Origin: Candidatus Nomurabacteria bacterium
GTDB lineage: Bacteria; Patescibacteriota; Minisyncoccia; Phycocordibacterales; UBA9973
Direction: 5' to 3'
NCBI GenBank assembly: GCA_943357245.1
Contig: CALRGH010000001.1
Location: 13,456-77,455 of the forward strand
DNA: 64,000 nucleotides
The notes under the pieces were generated by a model. It saw nothing but the letters and a program-made list of their open reading frames with translations, made no database searches and was not told the DNA's origin. Every line of letters starts with the position of its first letter. Position 1 is the first letter of the stretch. A program made the translations under genes and the position numbers. Below are positions 30,770-40,646 of the stretch, piece by piece.

Positions 30770-31455
30770 CACTTCTTTGCCACAAGCGCAGCCTTAGCCG
30801 CTTCTTGTTCTGCCTCCTGTTTTGATTTCCCTTTTGCACTACCGAGCAATTCTTTGCCGACATAGACACCGATAGAAAATTGCTTATCGTGATCAGGACC
30901 AGATTGCGACAATACTTTGTACACCGGCGTGATGCCCATGTGTTCTTGTGCTTTTTCTTGGATCAAACTTTTTGGATCTTGCCACAATTTTTCTGCAACG
31001 ATTTGCTCGGTGAGTGGCAATAAATTTTGTGCAATAAAATCACTCGCCGCATCATAGCCGCGATCAAGATAAATCGCGCCGATAACTGCTTCAAAGGTAT
31101 TCGCAAGAATATAGTGACGCGCCTTGCCCAAATCTTTTGATTCACCGCGAGAGAGCATGAGATGCTCGTTCATATTTAATTTGCGCGCAACATCTGCGAT
31201 AGTATGTGAGTTCACAAGGGCAGCGCGATATGCGGTGAGTTCGCCTTCATTTTTCGTCGGATATTTTTTGTATAAAAACGACGTGACGACAAGTTCAAGA
31301 ACCGCATCGCCCAAAAATTCTAAGCGCTCGTTGTGGGAAAATCCAGTCTTCGGATTTTCATTGATATAGGACCGGTGCACAAATGCTTGCAAGAGTAAGT
31401 CTTTATTTGCAAAATGTACACCTATTGATTGCTCAAATGGAGTTAGATCTTTCAT
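30763..31455 (-). CDS. rnc: Ribonuclease III
   Basis: HRS, NERLEFLGDAVL, FEAVIGAIYLD, dsRBD with GPDH and SKQEAEQEAA. Confidence 0.98.
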   Translation of the reverse strand: MKDLTPFEQSIGVHFANKDLLLQAFVHRSYINENPKTGFSHNERLEFLGDAVLELVVTSFLYKKYPTKNEGELTAYRAALVNSHTIADVARKLNMNEHLMLSRGESKDLGKARHYILANTFEAVIGAIYLDRGYDAASDFIAQNLLPLTEQIVAEKLWQDPKSLIQEKAQEHMGITPVYKVLSQSGPDHDKQFSIGVYVGKELLGSAKGKSKQEAEQEAAKAALVAKKWS

Positions 31456-31460
31456 GAGAT

Positions 31461-31525
31461 TAGGTGCTAGGTTCTAGTTGCTAGGGTCTAGAGAAACTCT
31501 AAAACCGAAAAACTAAGATCTAGAA
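31461..31525. repeat. Inverted pair of heptamer arrays
   Basis: taggtgc taggttc tagttgc tagggtc tag ... ctaaaac cgaaaaa ctaagat ctagaaa. Confidence 0.7.
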
Positions 31526-31546
31526 ATAATTAATAAGGTCACATTT

Positions 31547-31587
31547 GCTCGCTTTTTCCAGATACCCGGTATCTGGAAAAAGCGAGC
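31547..31587. repeat. Perfect palindrome, 20-bp arms, 1-nt centre
   Basis: gctcgctttttccagatacc c ggtatctggaaaaagcgagc. Confidence 0.95.
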
Positions 31588-31592
31588 TTGGT

Positions 31593-32501
31593 TTATACCA
31601 CAGGTTCGAGTGTGGTGATTTTTTCAATAGCTTGCGCGAGAATTGGGACGATATCGTCATATGTCTTGATTTCGCCAATATCCGACAACGGGAACCAGTC
31701 TGCCCCGTCCAAACCGCCTGAAGAGTGTAATTTGAGCTCTTGGTAAGGCGCTTCAGCTAGGAAGTAGTGTACTTCCTTCCGAATCTTACCTTTTTCTGGG
31801 TGAGATGCAACATAGTCGTTGAAACCGAGTTTTTCAACCACCGTAATCGACAATTCGAGTTCGTCTTTGATTTCGCGCTTCACGCCTTCAAATTCGTCTT
31901 CATCTGTCTCTACTCCACCTTTCGAAAGCGTCCAGTAACCGAAGACATCGTGCACAAGCGCAAGCAATGTCTGGCCATTATGCTTTGCAAAAATAACGGC
32001 GCCGACTTTTTTCTCAACAGGAAATTTTGCAGGGTCTGTTTCTTCGAATACTTTTTTCTTCTTGCTCACTTCGTCTTTGCCTGGCTCGCCGATTTCTTTG
32101 TAGACCGCGCCCAACACGCCGTTCACGAAACGGCCAGATGTCTCGCCACCAAAACTTTTTGCAAGTTCGATTGATTCATTGATAGCAACTTTTGGCGGGA
32201 CTTGTGTGCGATCACCAAAGAGAAGTTCTGCTAAACCAAGACGCAAAATATTTCGGTCAATGACATTGATTTTATCGATTGGCCATTCCGGTGCAGCTTT
32301 TTCAATAATTTCATCAATGATGGATTTCTTTTTAATCACCAAATCAACAAGCGATGCGATAAATGTTGAGTCATCAAGTCCTGGACCAAATTCAGCTTCG
32401 TTGCGTGCAAGCACGGTTGGAATATCACTTGCATACGCATTAAAATCCCACTCAAAGAGTGTTTGTAATGCTATAGATCGGGACAAGTGTCTGTTAGCCA
32501 T
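31593..32501 (-). CDS. nusB: NusB fused to a C-terminal NUDIX domain
   Basis: RHLSRSIALQTLFE, DRNILRL, VAINESIELAKSFG, FVNGVLG; then WTLSKGG..E..REIKDEL. Confidence 0.92.
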   Translation of the reverse strand: MANRHLSRSIALQTLFEWDFNAYASDIPTVLARNEAEFGPGLDDSTFIASLVDLVIKKKSIIDEIIEKAAPEWPIDKINVIDRNILRLGLAELLFGDRTQVPPKVAINESIELAKSFGGETSGRFVNGVLGAVYKEIGEPGKDEVSKKKKVFEETDPAKFPVEKKVGAVIFAKHNGQTLLALVHDVFGYWTLSKGGVETDEDEFEGVKREIKDELELSITVVEKLGFNDYVASHPEKGKIRKEVHYFLAEAPYQELKLHSSGGLDGADWFPLSDIGEIKTYDDIVPILAQAIEKITTLEPVV

Positions 32502-32540
32502 GGTATTGATTAAAGAGCGAAAGAACAGATTGAATAATAA

Positions 32541-32747
32541 TTACTTCTTTTTAGTGACTTTTTTAGCAACCTTTGCAAGAGTGTCGATGACTTTGCGTCC
32601 ACGGTACATGCCTGTCTTCATATCTACTCGATGACGAAGATGCACAGAGCCGGAGCTTGTGTCTTTTGTAAGGGCTTTAGCGGTCAAGCCGTGATGCGAG
32701 CGGCGATTTGCCGTATGTGCTCGCGTATGTCTCATGCGTACTACCAT
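32541..32747 (-). CDS. rpmF: 50S ribosomal protein L32 (Cys-less type)
   Basis: RRSHHGL, HLRHRVD..TGMYRGRKV. Confidence 0.93.
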   Translation of the reverse strand: MVVRMRHTRAHTANRRSHHGLTAKALTKDTSSGSVHLRHRVDMKTGMYRGRKVIDTLAKVAKKVTKKK

Positions 32748-32764
32748 GGGAAGACTATAGCATA

Positions 32765-33376
32765 TTATTGTTTTCTTGAAAAGTTCTTCAGAAATGAGCG
32801 CCGGTGGATTTCAGTAACACCATGTTTTTTAATGGCGGCATAGTGCGCGCGAGTGCCGTAGCCGACATGACGCTCAAATCCATATTCCGGATATTTTTTT
32901 GCTATTTTTTGCATATGGCCGTCGCGCATTACTTTTGCACAGATAGACGCGAGCGAAATAACGGGTATTTTTTCATCCCCTTTTATAATTGTCTGTTGAT
33001 TTTTATACTCAACTGGCGCTTTAAGTCCGCCGTCGAGGAAAATAAGTTGATAGCTTTTAGTGTTTAGCTTATAGAGAGAACGCGCAAGAGCAAAACGAAT
33101 CGCAGGCGCAATACCGATCTTGTCTATTTTTTGTGCGCTCACCATCGAGACAACAAAATCACACTTTCCTTCTTTTTGTAATTTTTTGATTTCGGCAAAC
33201 CATAATTCGCGTTGTAATTTTGAAAGTTTTTTGGAGTCGCGAAGGGGTAATTTGCCGAGCGATTTTTGCAGCAAAAATCGCTCGACTCCTTTTTCAGTAA
33301 TCATAAACGCACAAACCGCCACCGGTCCTGCCAGCGGTCCACGTCCCACTTCATCAATACCAACGATGTATTTCAT
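32765..33376 (-). CDS. rnhB: Ribonuclease HII
   Basis: GIDEVGRGPLAGP, DSKKL, IKGD, ASICAKV, GYGT, HRRSF. Confidence 0.97.
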   Translation of the reverse strand: MKYIVGIDEVGRGPLAGPVAVCAFMITEKGVERFLLQKSLGKLPLRDSKKLSKLQRELWFAEIKKLQKEGKCDFVVSMVSAQKIDKIGIAPAIRFALARSLYKLNTKSYQLIFLDGGLKAPVEYKNQQTIIKGDEKIPVISLASICAKVMRDGHMQKIAKKYPEYGFERHVGYGTRAHYAAIKKHGVTEIHRRSFLKNFSRKQ

Positions 33377-33417
33377 GTCCCCATCATAGCAAAACCTCCC
33401 ATACATTGTAGGGGAGG

Positions 33418-33768
33418 TTATGATTTATCCATTTCTTTACTGAGATATAACTTTTCAAATTCAATTTTAGTAAGTTGCATTTGAAAAGGAAGAATATTGG
33501 TGGATATTTTCTTGTATCTGCGAATCACTTGTCTGCTTTTTATGTATCCGTATACAAAAGAAAAAACAAAACAAAAACCACCCGCACAAAAAAAGAAATA
33601 CCCAATTGTTGACAATTTTTTCGTAAGAAAAAAAATTCCTAAAAAAATAAGCCCACACCCAATAAGTCCTGTGTACAATACTTGCCAACTCGTACTTATT
33701 TCTTCTAATCGTGTTTCTTGTAAAGAATGAATTCTGCTTTTGATTTCTCCTGCTTCTTCATCTGTCAT
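33418..33768 (-). CDS. Hypothetical 2-TM membrane protein
   Basis: 116-aa AT-rich ORF with two hydrophobic segments. Confidence 0.6.
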   Translation of the reverse strand: MTDEEAGEIKSRIHSLQETRLEEISTSWQVLYTGLIGCGLIFLGIFFLTKKLSTIGYFFFCAGGFCFVFSFVYGYIKSRQVIRRYKKISTNILPFQMQLTKIEFEKLYLSKEMDKS

Positions 33769-33843
33769 AAAACTGGGGTTTGTATGAGTATGTCATTATT
33801 TCTTTCTTTGTCAAGAATTCATCGTGTGCTGTATACTGTCACC

Positions 33844-36800
33844 ATGTCGGAAAAAAAGTTCGTCCACTTGCATACTCACTCTCACTATTCCCTCTTGGAC
33901 GGGCTTAATAAAATAGATAAACTCGTAAAAACTGCCAAAGAATCTGGCATGAATGCGCTTGCGCTCACCGATCACGGCACGATGTATGGCGCTATTGAAT
34001 TTTATCAAGCGTGTAAAAAAGCGGAAATCAAACCAATCATCGGCGTCGAAGCGTACATGGCAACGCGCTCGCGTTTTGATAAAGACGCAAATGTAGATAA
34101 TAAACGCTACCATCTCACCCTTCTCGCAAAAAATAATCAGGGCTATAAAAACTTAATGAAGCTCGTGACCCTCGCACATACCGAAGGCTACTATTACAAG
34201 CCACGCATGGATAAAGAAATCTTGCGACAGTACCACGAAGGACTCATCTGTCTTTCTGGGTGTCCAGGATCCGAACTCGGGCGAACGTTACGAGATAATG
34301 ATTTGGAAAGAGGACGAGCAATTGTCAAAGAATATTTGGATATATTCGGCAAGGAAAACTATTTTCTTGAATTCATGAACCATCCGGAAGTTGAAGGTAC
34401 GGAAGATTGGAAAAAGCACATCATCACCCTCGCACAAGAATTTGATTTAAAAATTGTCGGCACGTGGGATTCGCACTATTTACATATTGACGATGCAGAA
34501 GCACAAGATACACTCGTCGCTATCAATACCGGAAGCGAAGTCGGTAATGCAAAAATGTCGATGAAGTCGGGAAATTATTCGTTCATCAATGTCGATCAAG
34601 CGCATGAGGCATTTAAAGATGTCCCCGACGCAGCAAACAATACGCAATTTGTTGCAGATCTTATCGATGTCGAAATAGAACTCGGTAAATTATATTTTCC
34701 AGAATACAAATTAGAGAATAACGAAGACCCGAATGACGCGCTTAAGAAAATGTCGTACGACGGATTTGCACGTCTTGAACTTGCGCAAACTGATGAACTT
34801 ACGAAACGTCTCGAATATGAACTGGATATTATTAAAATAAAAGGATACCCGTCGTACTTTTTGGTCGTGGCAGACCTCATGCGATTTGCGCGCGAAAACG
34901 GCATTCTCACCAACACTCGAGGATCAGCTGCTGGTTCACTCACCTCATATCTCTGCGGTATTACCAACATCAATCCTGTTGAATACAATCTTCCTTTCGA
35001 GCGTTTTTTAAACCCACATCGTCCAAGTCCACCTGATGTGGATATGGATATTGCTGATACACGTCGTGATGAACTTATTGAATACGCACGTCATAAATAC
35101 GGTGAAGATCATGTAGCGCAGATTGGTACATTCGGTACGATGATGGCGCGCGGTGCGGTACGCGACGTGGCGCGAGCTCTCGGATATCCATACAACACCG
35201 GCGATACTATTTCAAAAATGATACCGATGGGTTCGCAGGGTTTTCCGATGACACTTGATCACGCAATGGAACTTGTTCCTGAACTTAAAGAAAAATACGA
35301 TACCGACCGAAGTGCAAAAGAAATTATTGATCTCGCCAAAAAAATAGAAGGGTCAGCACGACATATTTCGGTGCACGCAGCAGGTGTGGTTATTGCACCA
35401 AAACCAATTACCGAATTTACGCCAATACAGTTTGATCCGAAGGGGGGTAAATTAATTACCCAATACGATATGTATTCGATCGAAGATGCAGGATTGCCGA
35501 AATTTGATTTCCTTGGTATTCGCAACTTATCATTCTTGGCAGAATCACTCGAACTCGTGCGAACGCTCTACAACACACCCATCCAACTTGAGAAAATCCC
35601 TCTTGATGATAAAAAAACATTTGAGATGCTCGCTCGTGGCGAAACAGAAGGAGTGTTTCAATTAAACGGTGGCGGTATGACACAAAAATTAGTGCGACTG
35701 AAGCCAACAACTATTCATGACATCAATGTGATGGTTGCGCTCTATCGTCCAGGTCCGATGCAGACGATTGATGAATATATCGAACGAAAACAAGGCAAAC
35801 ACCCAGTGATATTTTATCATCCAAAAATGGCAAGTTATCTCCAGACAACATTCGGATTGCTTGTGTACCAAGACGATCTCCTCTTTACCGCTATCGAACT
35901 CGCTGGATACGACTGGGGCGAAGTTGATAAATTTCGAAAAGCCGTCGGTAAAAAAATTCCTGAAGAAATGGCGAAGCAACACGTAAAATTCGTCGAAGGA
36001 TGTCAGAAACATTCTGCAATGACAAAAGCTGAATCAGAAAAAATTTGGGAACTGTTCGAACCGTTCCAAGGATATGGTTTCAATAAAGCGCATGCGGCAA
36101 GTTATGGAAAATTGTCGTACCAGACGGCGTACATGAAAGCAAACTTCCCTGTCGCATACATGGCCGCGATGATGACGGCAGAATCTGGCGACATAGACAC
36201 TATCGGTATCTATGTGCGTGAAGCTGAACGTATGGGGATTAATGTATTACCTCCTGCGGTCAATGAAAGTTTTGGTGGATTTACCGTGATCCAAGAAGAA
36301 AATAAGACACTTATTGATAGTCGCGTGATACGTTTCGGATTGTATACGATTAAAAATCTGGGTACCGATATTGCGGATGCAATAATTGCAGAACGAAACA
36401 ATCCGCCAGCTGGCGGAGGCAAGTTTACCTCGCTTGAAAATTTCTTGGAACGAATCACGCACAAAAATTTGACGAAGAAATCAATGGAAGCACTCGCAAA
36501 AAGTGGAGCCTTCGATTCATTTGGTATTCCTCGTGCGACCATTGTTAACAATATGGAACTATTACTCACCTTTAATAAAGAGCACGCAAAAGCATCATCG
36601 CAAGTATCACTATTCGCAGATATTGGGCATACATTTTCGACTAATCTAACGCTTACCCAAGTGCCCGATAATGATAAAGAAAAATTAGCATGGGAAAAAG
36701 AGTTGCTTGGATTGTATATTTCCGGACACCCACTTGATCCTATTCGCGACAAAATAGAAGCAAATGGTATGACGATTAAAAAAATAAAAGAAGACGTCGC

Positions 36801-37056
36801 AAATGGCATGCCGGTCACGTTTGCGGCACTTGTGGAGCAATCAAAAACAGTTATGACAAAAAAAGGAGATCGCATGGCATTTATTACCATTTCTGATTTT
36901 ACCGGCAGTATTGAAGCGGTGGTATTCTCAAAATTATTTAAAGAACACTACGCCGCATTTGAAATAGATAAGTGCATTGCAATACAAGGTCATGTAACAT
37001 TGCGGAATGAAGAAAAAAGTATTGCGATAGATACCGTAAAAATTATTTCCGGATAA
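33844..37056 (+). CDS. dnaE: DNA polymerase III alpha subunit
   Basis: FVHLHTHSHYSLLDG, RGSAAGS, FERFLNP, PDVDMD, KFDFLG, YGFNKAHA, OB fold; start at MSEKK. Confidence 0.98.
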   Translation: MSEKKFVHLHTHSHYSLLDGLNKIDKLVKTAKESGMNALALTDHGTMYGAIEFYQACKKAEIKPIIGVEAYMATRSRFDKDANVDNKRYHLTLLAKNNQGYKNLMKLVTLAHTEGYYYKPRMDKEILRQYHEGLICLSGCPGSELGRTLRDNDLERGRAIVKEYLDIFGKENYFLEFMNHPEVEGTEDWKKHIITLAQEFDLKIVGTWDSHYLHIDDAEAQDTLVAINTGSEVGNAKMSMKSGNYSFINVDQAHEAFKDVPDAANNTQFVADLIDVEIELGKLYFPEYKLENNEDPNDALKKMSYDGFARLELAQTDELTKRLEYELDIIKIKGYPSYFLVVADLMRFARENGILTNTRGSAAGSLTSYLCGITNINPVEYNLPFERFLNPHRPSPPDVDMDIADTRRDELIEYARHKYGEDHVAQIGTFGTMMARGAVRDVARALGYPYNTGDTISKMIPMGSQGFPMTLDHAMELVPELKEKYDTDRSAKEIIDLAKKIEGSARHISVHAAGVVIAPKPITEFTPIQFDPKGGKLITQYDMYSIEDAGLPKFDFLGIRNLSFLAESLELVRTLYNTPIQLEKIPLDDKKTFEMLARGETEGVFQLNGGGMTQKLVRLKPTTIHDINVMVALYRPGPMQTIDEYIERKQGKHPVIFYHPKMASYLQTTFGLLVYQDDLLFTAIELAGYDWGEVDKFRKAVGKKIPEEMAKQHVKFVEGCQKHSAMTKAESEKIWELFEPFQGYGFNKAHAASYGKLSYQTAYMKANFPVAYMAAMMTAESGDIDTIGIYVREAERMGINVLPPAVNESFGGFTVIQEENKTLIDSRVIRFGLYTIKNLGTDIADAIIAERNNPPAGGGKFTSLENFLERITHKNLTKKSMEALAKSGAFDSFGIPRATIVNNMELLLTFNKEHAKASSQVSLFADIGHTFSTNLTLTQVPDNDKEKLAWEKELLGLYISGHPLDPIRDKIEANGMTIKKIKEDVANGMPVTFAALVEQSKTVMTKKGDRMAFITISDFTGSIEAVVFSKLFKEHYAAFEIDKCIAIQGHVTLRNEEKSIAIDTVKIISG
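36402..36417. repeat. 16-bp palindrome TCCGCCAGCTGGCGGA inside dnaE
   Basis: Identical to the three rpoD copies; encodes NPPAGG. Confidence 0.93.
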
Positions 37057-37211
37057 CATCTTTTTCAAAGCACACATAAATTTTTGCTAAAATTTTGCTC
37101 TGCTCGATTCGTCAATCTGTGCAAGGCTTTAAAAAAGAAGTTATCCTCCACAGAGAGTCCTTAGCCCGCACATTTCTAAAGAAATGTGCTCCCTGTAATA
37201 AAAAAATAAAA

Positions 37212-37241
37212 ATATAGCCGAACAAATTTGTTCGGCTATAT
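37212..37241. repeat. Perfect 30-bp palindrome overlapping a stop codon
   Basis: atatagccgaacaaa tttgttcggctatat. Confidence 0.9.
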
Positions 37242-37790
37242 GACTTCTTCTTTCTCTCTTTTCCTGTTTTTAACAAGTGAATACAATTCAATGACTTCAT
37301 CTTGATATGTCGTCTTTGATAAAGTACCGTCCTCTTTTTCTCGTGCAAATGGTCTACTAGGTCTTCCAAGTGCACTGTCTAAATAAGAAACTCCGGACAT
37401 AACTCGTTCAAAAAAAATCTCTTCAGGAAATTGCTGCAACACTGTAATTAATTGTTCAACATCATTCCGTACGACACCTTCATGATTTTCACTCCAATAA
37501 CCAAGAAGAGCTTGTAAGTGTGTTTGTGAAAACCAAAATGGATTGAGCACATATTGCGCGTATGTTTCTCGTGCTTGTTCTTTGTGGATAAGTCTTCGTG
37601 ACCACTCTTTTGCTTGAGTTCCACCTCCAGAATAATAAAAAATACAGCCGCAGGCAAAAGGAAATACGACAAGCATATAGTAACCGTACCCGAGCATGTT
37701 TGTAGAAAAGACGATAGCAAACACAACAGCCGCAACGAAACAAAACACTGAAATGAGAAAAAGGAGGTTATTATTTTCTTTTTTATTCAT
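37236..37790 (-). CDS. Hypothetical membrane protein
   Basis: Two N-terminal TMs, 184 aa. Confidence 0.6.
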   Translation of the reverse strand: MNKKENNNLLFLISVFCFVAAVVFAIVFSTNMLGYGYYMLVVFPFACGCIFYYSGGGTQAKEWSRRLIHKEQARETYAQYVLNPFWFSQTHLQALLGYWSENHEGVVRNDVEQLITVLQQFPEEIFFERVMSGVSYLDSALGRPSRPFAREKEDGTLSKTTYQDEVIELYSLVKNRKREKEEVI

Positions 37791-37875
37791 GTTAAAATTT
37801 TTTATTACTATACATTTGTCTTACAGAAATGACAAGCCCTTCGCCGGAAATATCCTTTGTGGTACAGTAGTACGT

Positions 37876-39630
37876 ATGACTCCCGAACAATTATCTCCAT
37901 TACGCCACACGCTCGCTCATTTACTCGCGGCCGCAGTCGGCAGTATCTATAAATTCGACAACATAAAGCTGACACTCGGTCCTGCGATCGACAACGGCTT
38001 TTATTATGACATCGACATGTGCGGACAAAAAATTGCCGACACCGACCTGCCAAAAATCGAGAAGAAAATGCGCGAACTGCTTCCGAAATGGACGGAATTC
38101 ACCCATGAGGAAATGAGCAAAGACGAAGCATTGGCATTCTTCAAAAATGAATACAAAGCCGAACTGATACACGAGATCGACGCACGGGGAGAAAAAATAA
38201 CGGTGTACACCTGCGGAGGTTTCAAGGATTTGTGTCGTGGCGGTCACGTAGAAAATCCTGCAGAGGAAATTGCGAACGCTGGATGGAAATTAGACCGCAT
38301 TGCAGGCGCGTACTGGCGCGGTAGTGAAGAAAACCCAATGCTCACGCGTATTTATGGGCTTGCCTTTGAATCGCAAGAAAAATTGGAAGAATACGCAAAC
38401 CAACAAGAAGAAGCAAAAAAGCGAGACCATCGCAAACTTGGTACCAACATGGAACTCTTTGCTTTTTCAGATCTTGTCGGCGCAGGTCTTCCCCTTTGGC
38501 TTCCAAACGGCACAGTGCTTGTGGAAGAATTAGAGAAACTCGCGAAAGAGTCTGAATTTCATGCTGGTTATGACCGCGTGCGCACACCGCACATAGCAAA
38601 AGAACAAATGTATATTACGAGTGGCCACTTACCTTACTATGCAGATTCTATGTACCCACCGATGGAATACGAAGGTGGCAAATATTATTTGAAGGCGATG
38701 AATTGCCCGCACCATCACCAAATCTTTGGCGCAACACCAAAATCATATAAAGACCTTCCCCTTCGTCTCGCTGAATACGGCACGTGTTATCGTCATGAAA
38801 AATCTGGCGAACTCTTTGGTCTGATGCGTGTACGTACCCTCCAAATGAACGATGCACATATTTATTGTACCGAAACACAATTTGCTGATGAATTTCGCGC
38901 GGTAAATGAATTGTATTTAAAATATTTTAAAATTTTCGGCATCGACAAATATATCATGCGTTTTTCAACACACGATCCAAAAAAGCGCGGAGAAAAATAT
39001 CTCAACGAACCAGAACTCTGGAAAAAGACAGAAGACATGGTACGCCAAGTACTTATTGATTCAAATATTCCGTATGTTGAAGTACAAGATGAAGCTGCAT
39101 TCTATGGACCAAAAATTGATGTGCAAGTCTGGAGTGCAATCGGTCGCGAATTTACACTTGCAACAAACCAAGTAGACTTCGGGGTACCTGCACGCTTCGG
39201 TCTTACCTATACTAATAAAGAAGGTAAACAAGAAACACCGCTCTGCATCCATCGCGCACCACTCGGTACGCATGAACGCTTCATTGGATTCTTGATTGAA
39301 CACTATGCAGGCGTATTTCCTACATGGCTTTCTCCATTTCAAGTTGCCATCGTTCCAGTCAAAGAATCTCATGATGCGAAAGCGAAAGAAATACAGCAGA
39401 TATTACGGGGTCATATGATTCGTGCAGAGCTCCACGTGGCTGGCGATAGTCTTGGTAAGCGAATCCATAAAGCAAAAGATATGCACACACCGTACATCAT
39501 CATCATTGGTGATACAGAAATCGAGAGTGGTAATCTCACTATCGAAAGACGAGACGGAACAAAACTAGAAAATATACCACTTGATACATTTCTTGCGGAT
39601 ATACAAAAAGAAATTTTTGATAGAAACTAG
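37876..39630 (+). CDS. thrS: Threonyl-tRNA synthetase (no N-terminal TGS domain)
   Basis: LRHTLAHLL, DLCRGGH, RDHRKLG, KAMNCPHH, AAFYGPKID, HRAPLGTHERF; start at MTPEQ. Confidence 0.97.
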   Translation: MTPEQLSPLRHTLAHLLAAAVGSIYKFDNIKLTLGPAIDNGFYYDIDMCGQKIADTDLPKIEKKMRELLPKWTEFTHEEMSKDEALAFFKNEYKAELIHEIDARGEKITVYTCGGFKDLCRGGHVENPAEEIANAGWKLDRIAGAYWRGSEENPMLTRIYGLAFESQEKLEEYANQQEEAKKRDHRKLGTNMELFAFSDLVGAGLPLWLPNGTVLVEELEKLAKESEFHAGYDRVRTPHIAKEQMYITSGHLPYYADSMYPPMEYEGGKYYLKAMNCPHHHQIFGATPKSYKDLPLRLAEYGTCYRHEKSGELFGLMRVRTLQMNDAHIYCTETQFADEFRAVNELYLKYFKIFGIDKYIMRFSTHDPKKRGEKYLNEPELWKKTEDMVRQVLIDSNIPYVEVQDEAAFYGPKIDVQVWSAIGREFTLATNQVDFGVPARFGLTYTNKEGKQETPLCIHRAPLGTHERFIGFLIEHYAGVFPTWLSPFQVAIVPVKESHDAKAKEIQQILRGHMIRAELHVAGDSLGKRIHKAKDMHTPYIIIIGDTEIESGNLTIERRDGTKLENIPLDTFLADIQKEIFDRN

Positions 39631-39640
39631 TAAATAGAGC

Positions 39641-39696
39641 AAAAGCAACCGTAGTCAATTTTTCGCCATGGCGAAAAATTGACTACGGTTGCTTTT
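39641..39696. repeat. Perfect 56-bp spacer-less palindrome after thrS
   Basis: aaaagcaaccgtagtcaatttttcgcca tggcgaaaaattgactacggttgctttt. Confidence 0.95.
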
Positions 39697-39734
39697 TTAT
39701 TTAACCGTGGTACTATACTAATAAACGAAAAACC

Positions 39735-40430
39735 ATGATTTTACAATTTAATACTGACATTCCCTGCCCTACTTGTACCACAGAAACACTTGTTGAAAAT
39801 ATCGAATTTGAAGATAGAACTGACAAGTGGCGTTCATGGGGATACCTTTGTACAAGCTGTCACAAAAAATACAAACTCACGCAATTCAAAGAATCCCACG
39901 AAAAATTCAGACAAAAGATGACCGCTTTCTTGGAAAAAAATTACTTCATTGTTCTTGTGCGAGATCTTAATTTCAATGAAGTATGCCATCACGGAAGTAT
40001 TACCTCGTCAGATGTATCTTTGTTTAGAAAAGGAACAATATTTGCGCGAAGTTATTATGATGACAACGCAATGAGAGTAACTGACCCAGAAGTTGCAATA
40101 AAAAGTTTCGCGCATGGTCCGAAATATATCTTGCGCGGAAAGAACAAAAAATCTGTTCCTAAAATAAATCCGGCATTTTCTTTTCCTCGTGGATTTTCTA
40201 TGCAACAAATCAAGCATTACCCATTGCGTCGCCAAGGGAAAAAAGGGTCGGAATCATTCCATGTTCACCAATTACGACAAAAAGAATCTCTTGCTATAAC
40301 CTTGTATCCTTTTGATCACAAGAAGATATCACCTGACCAACTTACTCGTTACTACATTCCGCTTTATTTAGGGAAAGTAATAGGAAGAAAAAAACCAGCA
40401 TCCAACAAAAAACCTCTCACAAATACGTGA
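39735..40430 (+). CDS. Hypothetical protein with N-terminal zinc ribbon
   Basis: CPTC ... CTSC; basic C-terminus; TGA stop. Confidence 0.65.
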   Translation: MILQFNTDIPCPTCTTETLVENIEFEDRTDKWRSWGYLCTSCHKKYKLTQFKESHEKFRQKMTAFLEKNYFIVLVRDLNFNEVCHHGSITSSDVSLFRKGTIFARSYYDDNAMRVTDPEVAIKSFAHGPKYILRGKNKKSVPKINPAFSFPRGFSMQQIKHYPLRRQGKKGSESFHVHQLRQKESLAITLYPFDHKKISPDQLTRYYIPLYLGKVIGRKKPASNKKPLTNT

Positions 40431-40440
40431 GAGGTTTTTT
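40407..40440. terminator. Bidirectional intrinsic terminator
   Basis: aaaaaacctctcac aaatac gtgagaggtttttt. Confidence 0.8.
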
Positions 40441-40619
40441 TATAAAGAAATTTTATTTTTCCAATAGTCATTATTTTCACTATAGTATTTTTGAATATCC
40501 TGAAGATGTCTATTATAAAATTCTTTTTCAAATACATCTATTGCCATTCCTGAAACACTTTTCTCATCCAATACCCACATCTGTTTTAATATTTTATTTA
40601 ATTCCTGATCTTGTGCCAT
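40440..40619 (-). CDS. Small hypothetical protein (59 aa, below ORF-track cutoff)
   Basis: Manual translation MAQDQELNKILKQMWVLDEKSVSG...WKNKISL*; stop abuts the terminator. Confidence 0.55.
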   Translation of the reverse strand: MAQDQELNKILKQMWVLDEKSVSGMAIDVFEKEFYNRHLQDIQKYYSENNDYWKNKISL

Positions 40620-40646
40620 GTTTTTTGTATCCTCTATTTACTATTT

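Noticed and set aside
37583-37591. DnaA box / replication origin
   Set aside because: Single TGTGGATAA inside a CDS, no cluster and no dnaA or dnaN nearby
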